The notes under the pieces: model-generated
Database searches by the model: none
What the model was told of the DNA's origin: nothing
Seen by the model: the letters and a program-made list of their open reading frames with translations, nothing else
Shown: positions 27,045 through 41,117 of the stretch, one piece after another
Numbering within the stretch: the stretch's first letter is position 1
Layout of the letters: the number at the start of each line of letters is the position of its first letter
Translations under genes and position numbers: made by a program
Origin: the human T2T-CHM13v2.0 reference genome, Homo sapiens
Reading direction: 5' to 3' (one strand)
Assembly (NCBI RefSeq): GCF_009914755.1
Contig: NC_060931.1
Length of the DNA: 64,000 nucleotides

Positions 27045-27911
27045 GAAATACATTGAAACCATTTTGAGAATATTTAAGGGTTACTACAAAAATTATATAA
27101 TAATAGAATTTGAAGGTGATTTTTATTTTAGAAATGAAGTCACTAAAGGTCACGAGGTCTCCTCCTAACTCCCGGGTCTGCATACTTACACAATAGCCTA
27201 CTGTTAAAGTGCTGGTAATTTTACAGACAGGCATCACCCAAATAGAGATCTCTAGTTTAATTATAACCTGAAGCAAATTTTCCATCACTATGGAAAACAA
27301 GATGATTATACTTCAATCTAAGATGAGTGAATATTAAGGATAATGAATAAATGAGTGTTTTTCCCAGAGAGACCTACATTTGGGACCATATAAATGCTAA
27401 ATAACAAGGTAAATAAAAGAGAGGTTAAAAAGGCAAATCAGGCAATCAAACTCCATTGGCTCTCAAACAATATTGAATAATGTACTGTTATGACATATTG
27501 TAAATTAGAATTCCCCAGTATATGGTGTGATGCTTATAGGAAAAAATATAAGCATCAAGAGACAAGTTATGACTTAAAATTATCATTTGTTTTACTAATC
27601 ATGTACAAAAGTCAACTTCACAAATAATGCTATTAATGAAGTGCTCAGTTGAGCAAAATCAATAATTAAATATAACTACAAATCAGAATTTTCATAAAAA
27701 ATGACAGTATCATGACAAGCTGGTAATTTATGAGTATACAGAAATGACTACCCCAATATGAAATGTGCCTGTGATTAAGATTTCATCCCCCCCTCTGTAA
27801 AAGAAAATTATAAAGAGAGATTTCTGTACTGTAAACTACCCTTTCTAAATTATAGCTGTACTATAACTAGATTCCACAAATTGGACGTATTAGGGTGAGA
27901 CATTTGCAATT

Positions 27912-28249
27912 ATTTTTTATTTTTATTATTTATTTTTATATATTTATATATATTTCTTAGACAGACTCACACTCTGTCGCTCAGGCTAGAGTGCAGCTGG
28001 CACCATCTGGGCTCACTGCAGCCACCGCCTCCCAGGTTCCAGCGATTCTCGTGCCTCAGCCTCCCGAGTAGCTGGGACTAGAGATGTGCACCACCAACTC
28101 TAGCACACCTGGCTAATTTTTGTATTTTTACTAGAGACTGGGTTTCACTATGTTGACCAGGCTGGTCTCAAACTCCTGGCCTTAGGTGATCCACCCAACT
28201 CAGCCTCCCAAAGGGCTGGGATTACAGGCATGAGCCACCACATCCGGCC
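27912..28249 (-). mobile_element. Alu (older S or J type)
   Basis: Antisense dimer with an AT-degenerated tail. Confidence 0.9.
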
Positions 28250-31200
28250 GGAATTATTGTTTAAAGAAAACTATCCCCATGTAGCACAAGCCTCAATTCT
28301 AAAAACAAGAGAAGAAAAAAGATAAAACATCCAAGATTCTCTCAAATCTGCCCAAAGCATATCTTGAGACTCAGGAGAGAGAATTGTGCTATTTAAGTTA
28401 CTACTGGTTTCTCTGAGAGAACTTTATTACAAGGCCTATATTGTCATCTAAAGGACTCATCTGAGCCCTATATCCAGAGGAATGGAAACAGCACATGATT
28501 TGTTTATGATCTGCATTAATGCTTGCTGGGTAAAAATAAAAGTTCTTAAACATGACAAGGACATAAAATAAAATTGCCCCTCCTTTTAAAAAAATCTATA
28601 GTTATTTCTATAATGATAATAAGAGGATTTTTGCCAGTTTGAAAATCTCAAAATATCAGATTTGAGAATCTGAAAATATCAGAATCCACTCTAAAACCAC
28701 TCTAAAAGACAGCATCCATTAAATATATGGGTATACATGACATACATTTTACTATATAAATTTTGAACAATAACAAAAATAATTTTTCTCTAATAAACAA
28801 ATTTCTTTATAATGGCAATCCCACACAAAATCTCTACAATTTCACAGGACATTAACAATCAACTTGAAAACAAGAGTAAAAATTTAGTGCATATTTTGTG
28901 AGAAACTAAGATTCAGAGAGCGATGTGATTACTCTCACATAGCAAAACTAGGCCTAGAAAACAGTTTTTATTTTATTCCTTCCACAATACTCAACTGCCT
29001 TATAATTTCATCTGAGTGAAACTTTATTATCAAAGGAAGAGAAACACCCAACAATAATAACAAAAAAGGCAGTGCACCTATACAGTTGGAGGAAACACCT
29101 TTCTGAGAAGATACCAAGGTGTGTGGTGCTGTTTTAAAAATAAACATTTGAGAGAAAGTAGAACTTAGTGGTTAAAACTGAGCTTTAGAGGCAAAATGAA
29201 GGAATTTGAATTCACATCTGAATTTAGATGAAGTGCTCTAATCGAGGCAATTTACTTCCTACTGGTTAGTCTGCCTTAATTTAATGATTAAAGTAACTCT
29301 CTAGTTTGTTTACTACTGTGTAGATAAAAAGATAAAATAGAAATAATGGCAGGTAACTAATTTGATAGTCTTTAAAAGCCCCATAATGACTAAAATTCAC
29401 TGATCCTAAATTTGTTAATGGCATGGGACTAGAGTATTGAATATAAACTTGTAATCAATTAAAAAACACAAAGGTTAAAATCAGATAAGTGAGTTTACAC
29501 ACATTCAATTGTTAGACACCTTTGGAAAAAATCTTTGATGTTCACAGAATAGTATCATGTAAGTTTGGGATGTGAAAGAATCTTACAACTCATGCAACCA
29601 AATTTCTAAATTATAGAGATCAATAATCTGAGGTACAAGAAAGTGAGGTATCCTGTCCCCAGTTACAAAATCATCCAGTAAACCTGGCCCATGTTTCTTA
29701 ATGCAAAACAAATTTTCTTTCGGTGTATCAATTTCTCATTGACATCAGTTTTTAAGGATAGCATTCATTAAGCTATTCTAAATAATTACCATTATCCATT
29801 TCCTGAGAGTTGTCATATAAATTCAAATAATTTGTTTTGAAAAACTGGAAAAGAAATATTTCCCAAGGAAAATAGAACAGTCTTTTACAAGGATGCATTT
29901 AGTATAATTCAACAATACCTCTGGGATATGGAACCTTCAATTAGAACTAAAGAAAGATCAAGTCTTACAACAAGGGAATATGAAGTTAGATAGTGGGAGA
30001 ATAGAATTTAAGTTCTTTATACAAATGAACTTAGCCAGCAATTTGCTATAGAAGAAAAGGAAAAACTGGGTTTTAATGTACCCATGGCAATTTTTTTCTT
30101 CACCAATTTTTCAACTTAAGTATCAAAATGTTTCTTTTCCTCACACTCTGTAGTCTTTATAATACACATAATAAAGTGCAAAGAAGAAGGCACACTTTGT
30201 TCTTAAGCTTTAGCATTGCAAAAACTCATCTAAAAGACAGTGGATTTTAAATCTTCTTACTCACATGTCCTCACTATACCCCAGCTGATTTTTCATAAGT
30301 ATCACAAAAGACCACAGAACATTCATGTTGCTCCTTTTGGAGGAACAGAATTAAGCATTCTCTCCTTTGTGCATCCACAGAGCATTGCACACATTTTTAT
30401 TGTAAATCAAATCTACTGTGCATCATTGTCCTCAGCTATTTACTCCTTTGATAACTGAAAACTTGGTGAGCAGATATTTTATCTTATTTATTGCTGACTT
30501 TCCAGTGTCTATGATAATGCCTGCCAAAAAGTAGGTGTTGGATCAATATTTCATAAATGATGAAAAACAGATAAAGAAGCTAAAGAATAAAGATCTCTTT
30601 ACTAAGGAAAAGTAGCTTTATCCATAAAAGCTTCTACATATAATTATACCAAGAAACAATCTGTATTTTCACATAAAGAAATCTCAAATTATAAGTGTCC
30701 ACAGGAATTGGATATATAAGATATGAGAATTCTTACAATTGTTTGATTTTAACGGCCTAAACTAGGTTTTAATCCCACCCCACCATTTATTTGTTGTGTG
30801 GTATCAGGCAGATGGGTCTCAATAACCTTACATTAAAAAGTGGAGATTAATGTACCTCACCAACCTATCTCACAAGTTCATTAATATTAAATTAATAATG
30901 AATAAGAAAAGGCTTTGAAAACTATAAAGCACTAAGAAGATACTATTATTACTTACTTATTATCCTGCAAATAGCCCATACTAAATAGCATATTAATGAA
31001 ATATCATAATCATTTCCACAGACTTAAGAAAAAGTCAATATTATGCTAAAGAAACGATAAATTTCTATATTCTCTATTGTGTTTCCCATACTATTGCTTC
31101 CTACAGACCAGGAGAAACAACATTTGAATATGCTCACCACTATAAACACTCTCATTTGCAAAAGCTTTCAGAAGAAATCTAATTCAAAATGTGGTTGTTT

Positions 31201-31969
31201 CTAGCATATGGCTATGTAAATGATGAAATAAGAAAACATTTTCTAATTAAACACAAATATAAATTTTAAGACACCCACCAGGATAATTTCAAAAAGTGGC
31301 ATTATATTAAGACTCCCCCAGAAAGAATGCCTCATCTTTAATATTTCCAAACCTCTAGTTAACTTAAAGAAGGATATAGGTACCTCTCTGCTCTGCTGGA
31401 GAAAGCAGACCTAACGAATTAATTGACAGAAGTAATGGTTTCTCCATTCTCAGCTAAGTGATTTATGGAAACATACAGAAATGCAATTGGACTTTGTACC
31501 TAGGTTTTTCCTTCATTCTGGACATACAGGGGCAATAGATTTCTATTTTCATTTTATTCGGAGGGGTATATGCTCCCAAATGAGCATGCATACGGAATTG
31601 TAACCATCTGTTTACTTCTGTTTCCCCTCCAGACTGAAATTTTACTAAAGAAATCAACCATATCTAAGTCATCTGTTTTCCCTCTAGCTATTAACCCAGT
31701 AATTGGCATGTAGAAAGTGCTCAATAAATGTTGACTGGATAAATTGAAGAATAAAGCACAGATATAATAGATTAACTTTTCTCTTAAAGTCTAACATTCC
31801 TTTGTATTAGCCTGAATTTTAATCTCTGGATTTTAGTAATATATGTAACACAAATTTGATGTTAGTAAATACTTATACACATTAAAACAGATTTACTGAA
31901 ATTAGAAATTAAGCAGATAGAATTACTTAAGTAACATGTAAAAGGATGCATACAGGATTCTACTAATAC

Positions 31970-32360
31970 AATTCATTTATCAGTTCATTCAAAACATTTC
32001 TTGAGCACATACTACATTATAATGATAATGCCCAGAAGATAGGATGCAAAGCCAGGCAGGCCTCACGCTCTCAAGGAGGTTAGTGCCTGGTGAAGGAAAG
32101 GATCAAGGAAATGCCTGACAGAAACAAGTGCTGGAGCCATGGGACCACTGTGAAGGGGCAGCTAAGTACATGTGGAGGGAGGGGTTATATGAAAGTCTTG
32201 TATGAAAGACTTCCCAGAGGGGAGATTCTTGAACTGAGGTTTGAAAAGACAGTAAAACATAATTTAAAACAAAGAAAGAAGTATTCCAGGCAGAGTGATG
32301 CAACCATAGCTCTACCAATAGGGAGAAGGTTGCCTGCAGGAAAATGGCAGACGGTGAGGT
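31970..32360 (-). mobile_element. L2 fragment
   Basis: 'ttcattcaaaacatttcttgagcacatactac...gaaagacttcccagagggg...tgaactgaggtttgaa...attccaggcagag'. Confidence 0.55.
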
Positions 32361-32475
32361 AAACATAGAAGGATCTCCATATATCAAATTTGCAACTTGG
32401 TGTTGGAAATGATTATATTTCAAAGACACTGGTATAGATTTAAAAGAAAAATATCTAGGTCTTTGTGTTACTGAT

Positions 32476-32832
32476 TGCATTAATCCGTTCTCATGCTGCT
32501 AATAGAGACATATCCAAGACTGAGTAATTTACAAAGAAAAAGAGATTTAATGGACTCACAGCTCCACATGGCTGGAAAGGCCTCACAATCATGGCAGATG
32601 GCAAAAGGCACATCTTACATTTAGGCAGGCAAGAGAGAATGAGACTCAAGCAAAAGACATTTCCCCTATAAAAACATCAGATCTCCTGAGACTTATTTCA
32701 CTACCATGAGCATGGGGGAAACTGCCCCCATGATTTAATTATCTCCCACCAGGTCCCTCCCACAACACATGGGAATTATCGGAGCTACAATTCAAGATGA
32801 GATTTGGGCGGGGACACAGCCAAACCATATCA
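32476..32832 (-). mobile_element. THE1 (B/C-like) MaLR solo LTR
   Basis: The minus strand starts TGATATGGTTTGGCTGTGTCCCC, the THE1 LTR 5' end. Length about 357 bp; 5-bp TSD CTGAT/GTGAT. Confidence 0.9.
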
Positions 32833-33394
32833 GTGATGTAATAAAATTGTTTTTTCATTGTTAGTAATGGAAGGTAAGTTATTCTCAGGGAAAAATAAAA
32901 CAGCCAAATGTTAATCTTGTGAACTTTAGTTACGAATGATAACACACAGGTACATCTACAGCAAGTTAAACTTAATCTTCTCTGAATACTGCAAAACTCA
33001 AGTCACTTTATGCAAAGGAGACTATGGAGAGAAGTATGAATGAAAATGGGAAACAGCTAATACCACTACATCTAGCTTACTTAACATTTTATAATTTTTG
33101 TCTCTAAATCCTGTCTCCTGGGAACCTGTTGAATCGCAATCTAACTCATTTGGTTGTAAGTGAACAGTATTATTCATTTATTGGCCTTTTATGTTGCCTC
33201 TCTAACAGGCAAAAAAAAAAAGCCATGAACAGTTGAAAGATTTAAAAGTTGTTTTCCTTTTTTCCCTATAACTAAATTTCAAAGCTAATGAAAATATAAC
33301 AAATAAAATTACAAGGTATAAACAAGCAAAGATTTGAAATAACAGAAAACTTCTGGAAACACATTCATTAAAATAATAAATGTTTAACCTTTTA

Positions 33395-34502
<1,108 letters not shown>

Positions 34503-35045
34503 AAGAATTATCAAGGACAGTCATGAAAAAGATAAAGTCACCAAACATACTGAAGTACTTAAACTCTAAGAATATAATTTATACATGAAATAATTATAAT
34601 TAGGTAATGAATATCAATTATGGTATTTTTCATTTGTACTAATTATTGTTCTCTTTTTTCTTTCATATTTCATTTTATTACATTTAGCATCATGCTGCTA
34701 TTCCTGCAAATACTGAAGAAGCATGGGATTTAAATATTTTACTTCTAAATAAATGAATTACTCAATCTCCTATGACCATCTATACATACTCCACCTTCAA
34801 AAAGTACATCAATATTATATCATTAAGGAAATAGTAACCTTCTCTTCTCCAATATGCATGACATTTTTGGACAATGCAATTGTGGCACTGGCACTTATTT
34901 CAGTGAAGAAAAACTTTGTGGTTCTATGGCATTCATCATTTGACAAATGCAAGCATCTTCCTTATCAATCAGCTCCTATTGAACTTACTAGCACTGACTG
35001 TGGAATCCTTAAGGGCCCATTACATTTCTGAAGAAGAAAGCTAAG

Positions 35046-37172
35046 ATGAAGGACATGCCACTCCGAATTCATGTGCTACTTGGCCTAGCTATCACTACAC
35101 TAGTACAAGCTGTAGATAAAAAAGTGGATTGTCCACGGTTATGTACGTGTGAAATCAGGCCTTGGTTTACACCCAGATCCATTTATATGGAAGCATCTAC
35201 AGTGGATTGTAATGATTTAGGTCTTTTAACTTTCCCAGCCAGATTGCCAGCTAACACACAGATTCTTCTCCTACAGACTAACAATATTGCAAAAATTGAA
35301 TACTCCACAGACTTTCCAGTAAACCTTACTGGCCTGGATTTATCTCAAAACAATTTATCTTCAGTCACCAATATTAATGTAAAAAAGATGCCTCAGCTCC
35401 TTTCTGTGTACCTAGAGGAAAACAAACTTACTGAACTGCCTGAAAAATGTCTGTCCGAACTGAGCAACTTACAAGAACTCTATATTAATCACAACTTGCT
35501 TTCTACAATTTCACCTGGAGCCTTTATTGGCCTACATAATCTTCTTCGACTTCATCTCAATTCAAATAGATTGCAGATGATCAACAGTAAGTGGTTTGAT
35601 GCTCTTCCAAATCTAGAGATTCTGATGATTGGGGAAAATCCAATTATCAGAATCAAAGACATGAACTTTAAGCCTCTTATCAATCTTCGCAGCCTGGTTA
35701 TAGCTGGTATAAACCTCACAGAAATACCAGATAACGCCTTGGTTGGACTGGAAAACTTAGAAAGCATCTCTTTTTACGATAACAGGCTTATTAAAGTACC
35801 CCATGTTGCTCTTCAAAAAGTTGTAAATCTCAAATTTTTGGATCTAAATAAAAATCCTATTAATAGAATACGAAGGGGTGATTTTAGCAATATGCTACAC
35901 TTAAAAGAGTTGGGGATAAATAATATGCCTGAGCTGATTTCCATCGATAGTCTTGCTGTGGATAACCTGCCAGATTTAAGAAAAATAGAAGCTACTAACA
36001 ACCCTAGATTGTCTTACATTCACCCCAATGCATTTTTCAGACTCCCCAAGCTGGAATCACTCATGCTGAACAGCAATGCTCTCAGTGCCCTGTACCATGG
36101 TACCATTGAGTCTCTGCCAAACCTCAAGGAAATCAGCATACACAGTAACCCCATCAGGTGTGACTGTGTCATCCGTTGGATGAACATGAACAAAACCAAC
36201 ATTCGATTCATGGAGCCAGATTCACTGTTTTGCGTGGACCCACCTGAATTCCAAGGTCAGAATGTTCGGCAAGTGCATTTCAGGGACATGATGGAAATTT
36301 GTCTCCCTCTTATAGCTCCTGAGAGCTTTCCTTCTAATCTAAATGTAGAAGCTGGGAGCTATGTTTCCTTTCACTGTAGAGCTACTGCAGAACCACAGCC
36401 TGAAATCTACTGGATAACACCTTCTGGTCAAAAACTCTTGCCTAATACCCTGACAGACAAGTTCTATGTCCATTCTGAGGGAACACTAGATATAAATGGC
36501 GTAACTCCCAAAGAAGGGGGTTTATATACTTGTATAGCAACTAACCTAGTTGGCGCTGACTTGAAGTCTGTTATGATCAAAGTGGATGGATCTTTTCCAC
36601 AAGATAACAATGGCTCTTTGAATATTAAAATAAGAGATATTCAGGCCAATTCAGTTTTGGTGTCCTGGAAAGCAAGTTCTAAAATTCTCAAATCTAGTGT
36701 TAAATGGACAGCCTTTGTCAAGACTGAAAATTCTCATGCTGCGCAAAGTGCTCGAATACCATCTGATGTCAAGGTATATAATCTTACTCATCTGAATCCA
36801 TCAACTGAGTATAAAATTTGTATTGATATTCCCACCATCTATCAGAAAAACAGAAAAAAATGTGTAAATGTCACCACCAAAGGTTTGCACCCTGATCAAA
36901 AAGAGTATGAAAAGAATAATACCACAACACTTATGGCCTGTCTTGGAGGCCTTCTGGGGATTATTGGTGTGATATGTCTTATCAGCTGCCTCTCTCCAGA
37001 AATGAACTGTGATGGTGGACACAGCTATGTGAGGAATTACTTACAGAAACCAACCTTTGCATTAGGTGAGCTTTATCCTCCTCTGATAAATCTCTGGGAA
37101 GCAGGAAAAGAAAAAAGTACATCACTGAAAGTAAAAGCAACTGTTATAGGTTTACCAACAAATATGTCCTAA
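35046..37172 (+). CDS. LRRN3: Leucine-rich repeat neuronal protein 3 (NLRR-3), a 708-aa type I membrane protein
   Basis: The only long ORF, with an in-frame TAA at 35010 upstream of the ATG. Domains: signal peptide, LRRNT (CPRLCTC), about 12 LRRs, LRRCT (NPIRCDC), Ig domain (FHCRA...YTCIATN), FN3, TM (LMACLGGLLGIIGVICLI) and a tail with YPPL. Recognised as human LRRN3. Confidence 0.98.
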   Translation: MKDMPLRIHVLLGLAITTLVQAVDKKVDCPRLCTCEIRPWFTPRSIYMEASTVDCNDLGLLTFPARLPANTQILLLQTNNIAKIEYSTDFPVNLTGLDLSQNNLSSVTNINVKKMPQLLSVYLEENKLTELPEKCLSELSNLQELYINHNLLSTISPGAFIGLHNLLRLHLNSNRLQMINSKWFDALPNLEILMIGENPIIRIKDMNFKPLINLRSLVIAGINLTEIPDNALVGLENLESISFYDNRLIKVPHVALQKVVNLKFLDLNKNPINRIRRGDFSNMLHLKELGINNMPELISIDSLAVDNLPDLRKIEATNNPRLSYIHPNAFFRLPKLESLMLNSNALSALYHGTIESLPNLKEISIHSNPIRCDCVIRWMNMNKTNIRFMEPDSLFCVDPPEFQGQNVRQVHFRDMMEICLPLIAPESFPSNLNVEAGSYVSFHCRATAEPQPEIYWITPSGQKLLPNTLTDKFYVHSEGTLDINGVTPKEGGLYTCIATNLVGADLKSVMIKVDGSFPQDNNGSLNIKIRDIQANSVLVSWKASSKILKSSVKWTAFVKTENSHAAQSARIPSDVKVYNLTHLNPSTEYKICIDIPTIYQKNRKKCVNVTTKGLHPDQKEYEKNNTTTLMACLGGLLGIIGVICLISCLSPEMNCDGGHSYVRNYLQKPTFALGELYPPLINLWEAGKEKSTSLKVKATVIGLPTNMS

Positions 37173-37195
37173 AAACCACCAAGGAAACCTACTCC

Positions 37196-37282
37196 AAAAA
37201 TGAACAAAAAAAAAAAAAGCGAAAGACTGCAGTTGTGCTAAAAACAAAACAAAACAAACAAACAAACAAAAAAGTAAAAAAA
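37196..37282 (+). repeat. A-rich / (AAAC)n tract in the 3' UTR
   Basis: A13 at 37206-37218 followed by AAAAC/AAAC repeats. Confidence 0.85.
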
Positions 37283-37704
37283 GATTACTTTCGAGAGAGA
37301 AGTTTAAGCTTCACCAATGCTGCTCCTGACCAATGGAAATATGTACAACTTCAGCATTTTAAGTAACTGGCTTCAAGGGGTACTGTGGCAACCAAATAAA
37401 ATAACTCCATTTTCTAAAACTTTCATGTAACTTTTATGTCTGGACTACAGTTCAAGTGGACAAAAACATTTCTGTATTTTTTTTAAGTAAATAAGAGTAG
37501 TTGAACTGAGCAATACCTCCTCCTGTGTTGTATTACACATATTAGCCACGAGTTTTTGCAGTGACCAGATAAACTTGAATTGACACGTGGTGTAATAAAA
37601 TGGACAAATTCTGTAGAGTAGACACAGTGAGTATGTGGACCTCTTTTATAAGGAAAAATACATTTTGGATTAAAATCAATTGCTTCTGTCTTGTTTTGTT
37701 TCTA

Positions 37705-37710
37705 AATAAA
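37705..37710 (+). terminator. Likely LRRN3 polyadenylation signal
   Basis: AATAAA with a U-rich upstream tract and downstream GT/T-rich sequence. Alternatives: AATAAA at 37395 and 37594, ATTAAA at 37669. Confidence 0.6.
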
Positions 37711-38090
37711 GAATAATTTCTGGGAAATATCATCTGATCAGATATCATTTAAATGATAAAGTTTTTAAAAGGTGTTTTTCTATAATGAAATTTGGAATGC
37801 TAAGAGTAAGACACTTTTCTTGGGTGATGGGACTACCTACATTTTTATAAAGCCTCAAATATGGATTTCAGAAAGCATTTAATCAATATTAAATAGCAAT
37901 CATAATTTGTATTTAACCCTTTAACTATTGACAGAAACTCTAGGAAATTATGTATTCACTTAAGGATTTTTTTAACAAGTAGCTTTTGGAGTAGATTAAA
38001 TTATTAGGTTGAGATAATATAAATTCAGTATCTGGGCAACATAAAGTCTTATTTTAATAATTAGCAGTAGCTTAGTTTTAGGCCGCTTGC

Positions 38091-38395
38091 TTTTTTTTTT
38101 TTTTTTTTTTTTTGAGATGGAGTCTCCCTCTGTTGCTCAGGCAGGAGTGCAGTGGCAAAACCTAGGCTCACTGCAGACTCCGCTTCCCAGGTTCAAGCAA
38201 TTCTCCTGCCTCAACCTCCAGAGTAGCTGGGATTACAGGCAGGTGACTACATCTCCGGCTAATTTTTGTATTTTTAGTAGAGAAAAAGTTTTGCCATATT
38301 GGCCAGGCTGCTCTCGAACTCCTGGCCTCATATGATCTGCCCACCTCGGTGCCCCAAAGTATTGGGATTACAGGCATGAGCCACCACGCCAGGTC
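38091..38395 (-). mobile_element. Alu
   Basis: T23 tail, antisense dimer, TSD TAGGC(C/T)GCTTGC. Confidence 0.93.
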
Positions 38396-40817
38396 TAGGC
38401 TGCTTGCTTTGCAGAAACTATTGCCAAATTTCATTATGACTTATGCTCTAGGTATAATTTTCAAATCTCTCTCTGATTCAAAACAGTTAAGGAGCTTCAC
38501 TGAAGTAACAAGCAAATAACTTAATAATTTACTATATTGAAACATGGCAAGGAAACAACATGTTTCAGTCCAACACTAAGATTTTAAAATTACACCATAA
38601 AACATATAGCATTAGTAGTAGAAGTTTAACAGGTTCGACTTTCTGAAATTTCTTTTATTTAGCTCACTCCAATATAAAAATGACACAATTCAGATACTTT
38701 CAGAGTTTGACACAAATTTAAGAGGAATGATGTTAACTAAAGGAAAAGCTTCTGAAACTATTTTAAAGTAAAAGAAACAATTAAGAATTTAATTTTTTAG
38801 TCCAGTCCTCTAAAAATATATTTAAGGCACTGGAAACCCACAGCTTAAAAGATTACAAATCATTGAATTGAAGTGCCAAGTACATTAGTAGTCATTTAAA
38901 AATCTTATATAGGGAATATACGGATTTCACTTAAAAAAAAAGAGAATTAAGATTTTTGAGGATTTCAGTCATTTTTACAAACAAACCCCCACAGTCCTGC
39001 AAAAATAGAAGTATTTTTGTACAAAGCAAACATTCTGAGACAATAAAATACCACAGTTTTTATAGGCAAATTGTTTATCTCTCAAAGTTACAAAGCTTTC
39101 ATGTTAATTGCTACTGTGTCTGCTCATAAGCAACTTTTAACTTTTCTTACAATAGCTTTCTGCATAATATCAACATCTCACTGGCCTATAAACATTTCCA
39201 GCACTGTAGTCATATCAATTTATTTGTTAATATTAGACATTTATTTTGTGATAGCATGGACAGTTTCCAGTTAAATCCTAGCTGTTTTTGACAATGTGGA
39301 AGGCAATTGTTAAGAATTTCTTAAAACAAGAGGGTAAATTGAGTTGATTTTAACACAACCAAAATATGAAACTTGCTAATTCAACGTGTTTCTCAAACAC
39401 AAATTTTACAACCCGATGAATCACTATCACACAGAGGCTGACGTTAGAATTTATCAGCCAGACATGCTCATACATCATGAGAGGTTTCAGCACCACAAAC
39501 AGAGCTTTACAGAGCTCAGCTATTTGTCAAAAACATAGGAGCCAAAATACAACCTATTAGGAGGCAGGCATAGTATAGGTCAGTAACAACTTGAGCATGT
39601 ACCTTGTATGTTTCTTTGAAACCTATCTGCCTGAAGAAGTATTACAAACATATCATAGCACTGGGAATTCATTTTAATCTACATATTTCTTTTAAAGTTT
39701 GTTAAGAAATATGCATTCTGAATAGACATCTAGTAGTGAGCATTAAAATGAAGTATTTCTGTTACAACCAAAAATATACAGATGCTCAAGGCAAATCATG
39801 AACCTACTGATTTGCTTAAATTTTAATATAAATTTCCAGTGAGAGAGAAAAGACATCTGCTTCAATGAGAATGGTGTTTCATACTCTCTCTGTTACCTCT
39901 TAATCCTCACATAAAACTAAGCATTGGTCAAAGTACTCAAACCATTTAACTTACAATTTTGTGATATGATATGGATGTTCTTGTTGCAAAACACAACTTT
40001 ACCTATAACAAATAAAACGCTAAAGTTTATAGCTGTATGAATGCTACCTAATCTGCTCACCTTGTATGGAGAAAAACACCTTGGCACAAAAATAATTTTT
40101 GAAGAATTACATATTTTATAATTGATACTACAAAATAAAATTAAGATTTTCTAACAATAAGCATACCCAATTGAATACAAAAATATATAAAAACAGTGCA
40201 AAACAAAATATGTATTTTATAATGTATATAATTGTCAGTAAAGCTAAGCAGCAACAGGTTGGCAGACATATGCTAACCATTTCACCAAGAAAGAAATGAA
40301 ACAGATTTATGGTACATATACTAGTCATTTAATACTTATTTTAGTGTTAAAGTTTTTATTCTAATTAGACAAAAAGTTTTTAAGTAAAACTACACACAAA
40401 CATAAGTTTAAAACAATTCCTTAGTTTATTCATTTAATTATCTTTTGTTTATATTCAATAAACATTTATTGTATGGCTATTAGTCACAGGAAAAAGAGAA
40501 ATAAATAGGACAAATTTTCGACCATCTAAAACTTATATTCTACTAGATTATATTCTGGTTTATTTTCTTTATCAGTGTTTTCACAAATACATGTTAACTG
40601 TGTAATTTGGTAAAGTCCCAGCCTTAATCATTCATACTTTCACAAAATGATAATGCTCAGAAAAAATACAAGGTTTTTTTCTTGGTCTAAAATGTTTTAC
40701 TCATCACAATTTTGATGTAAAAGCTTGCTTCAAATGTAATATTGATTTTATTCACTATATCTGCAGAAACTAGCCTAATAGTATTCTTTAGACTGGCTAA
40801 ATTAAGAGGCATATTTA

Positions 40818-41117
<300 letters not shown>

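Larger units (their letters stand above)
34688..37730 (+). other. LRRN3: LRRN3 terminal exon (358-nt 5' UTR part, CDS and 3' UTR)
   Basis: Long pyrimidine tract ending TTTAG|CAT at 34687/34688. The 3' end is inferred from AATAAA at 37705. Confidence 0.8.

Noticed and set aside
28640-28707. Short micro-duplications (AAAATATCAGA, CCACTCTAAAA)
   Set aside because: Ordinary slippage in AT-rich DNA with no further structure.
35552-37022. Four minus-strand ORFs of 62-73 aa
   Set aside because: Antisense shadows of the LRRN3 CDS with no independent coding signal.
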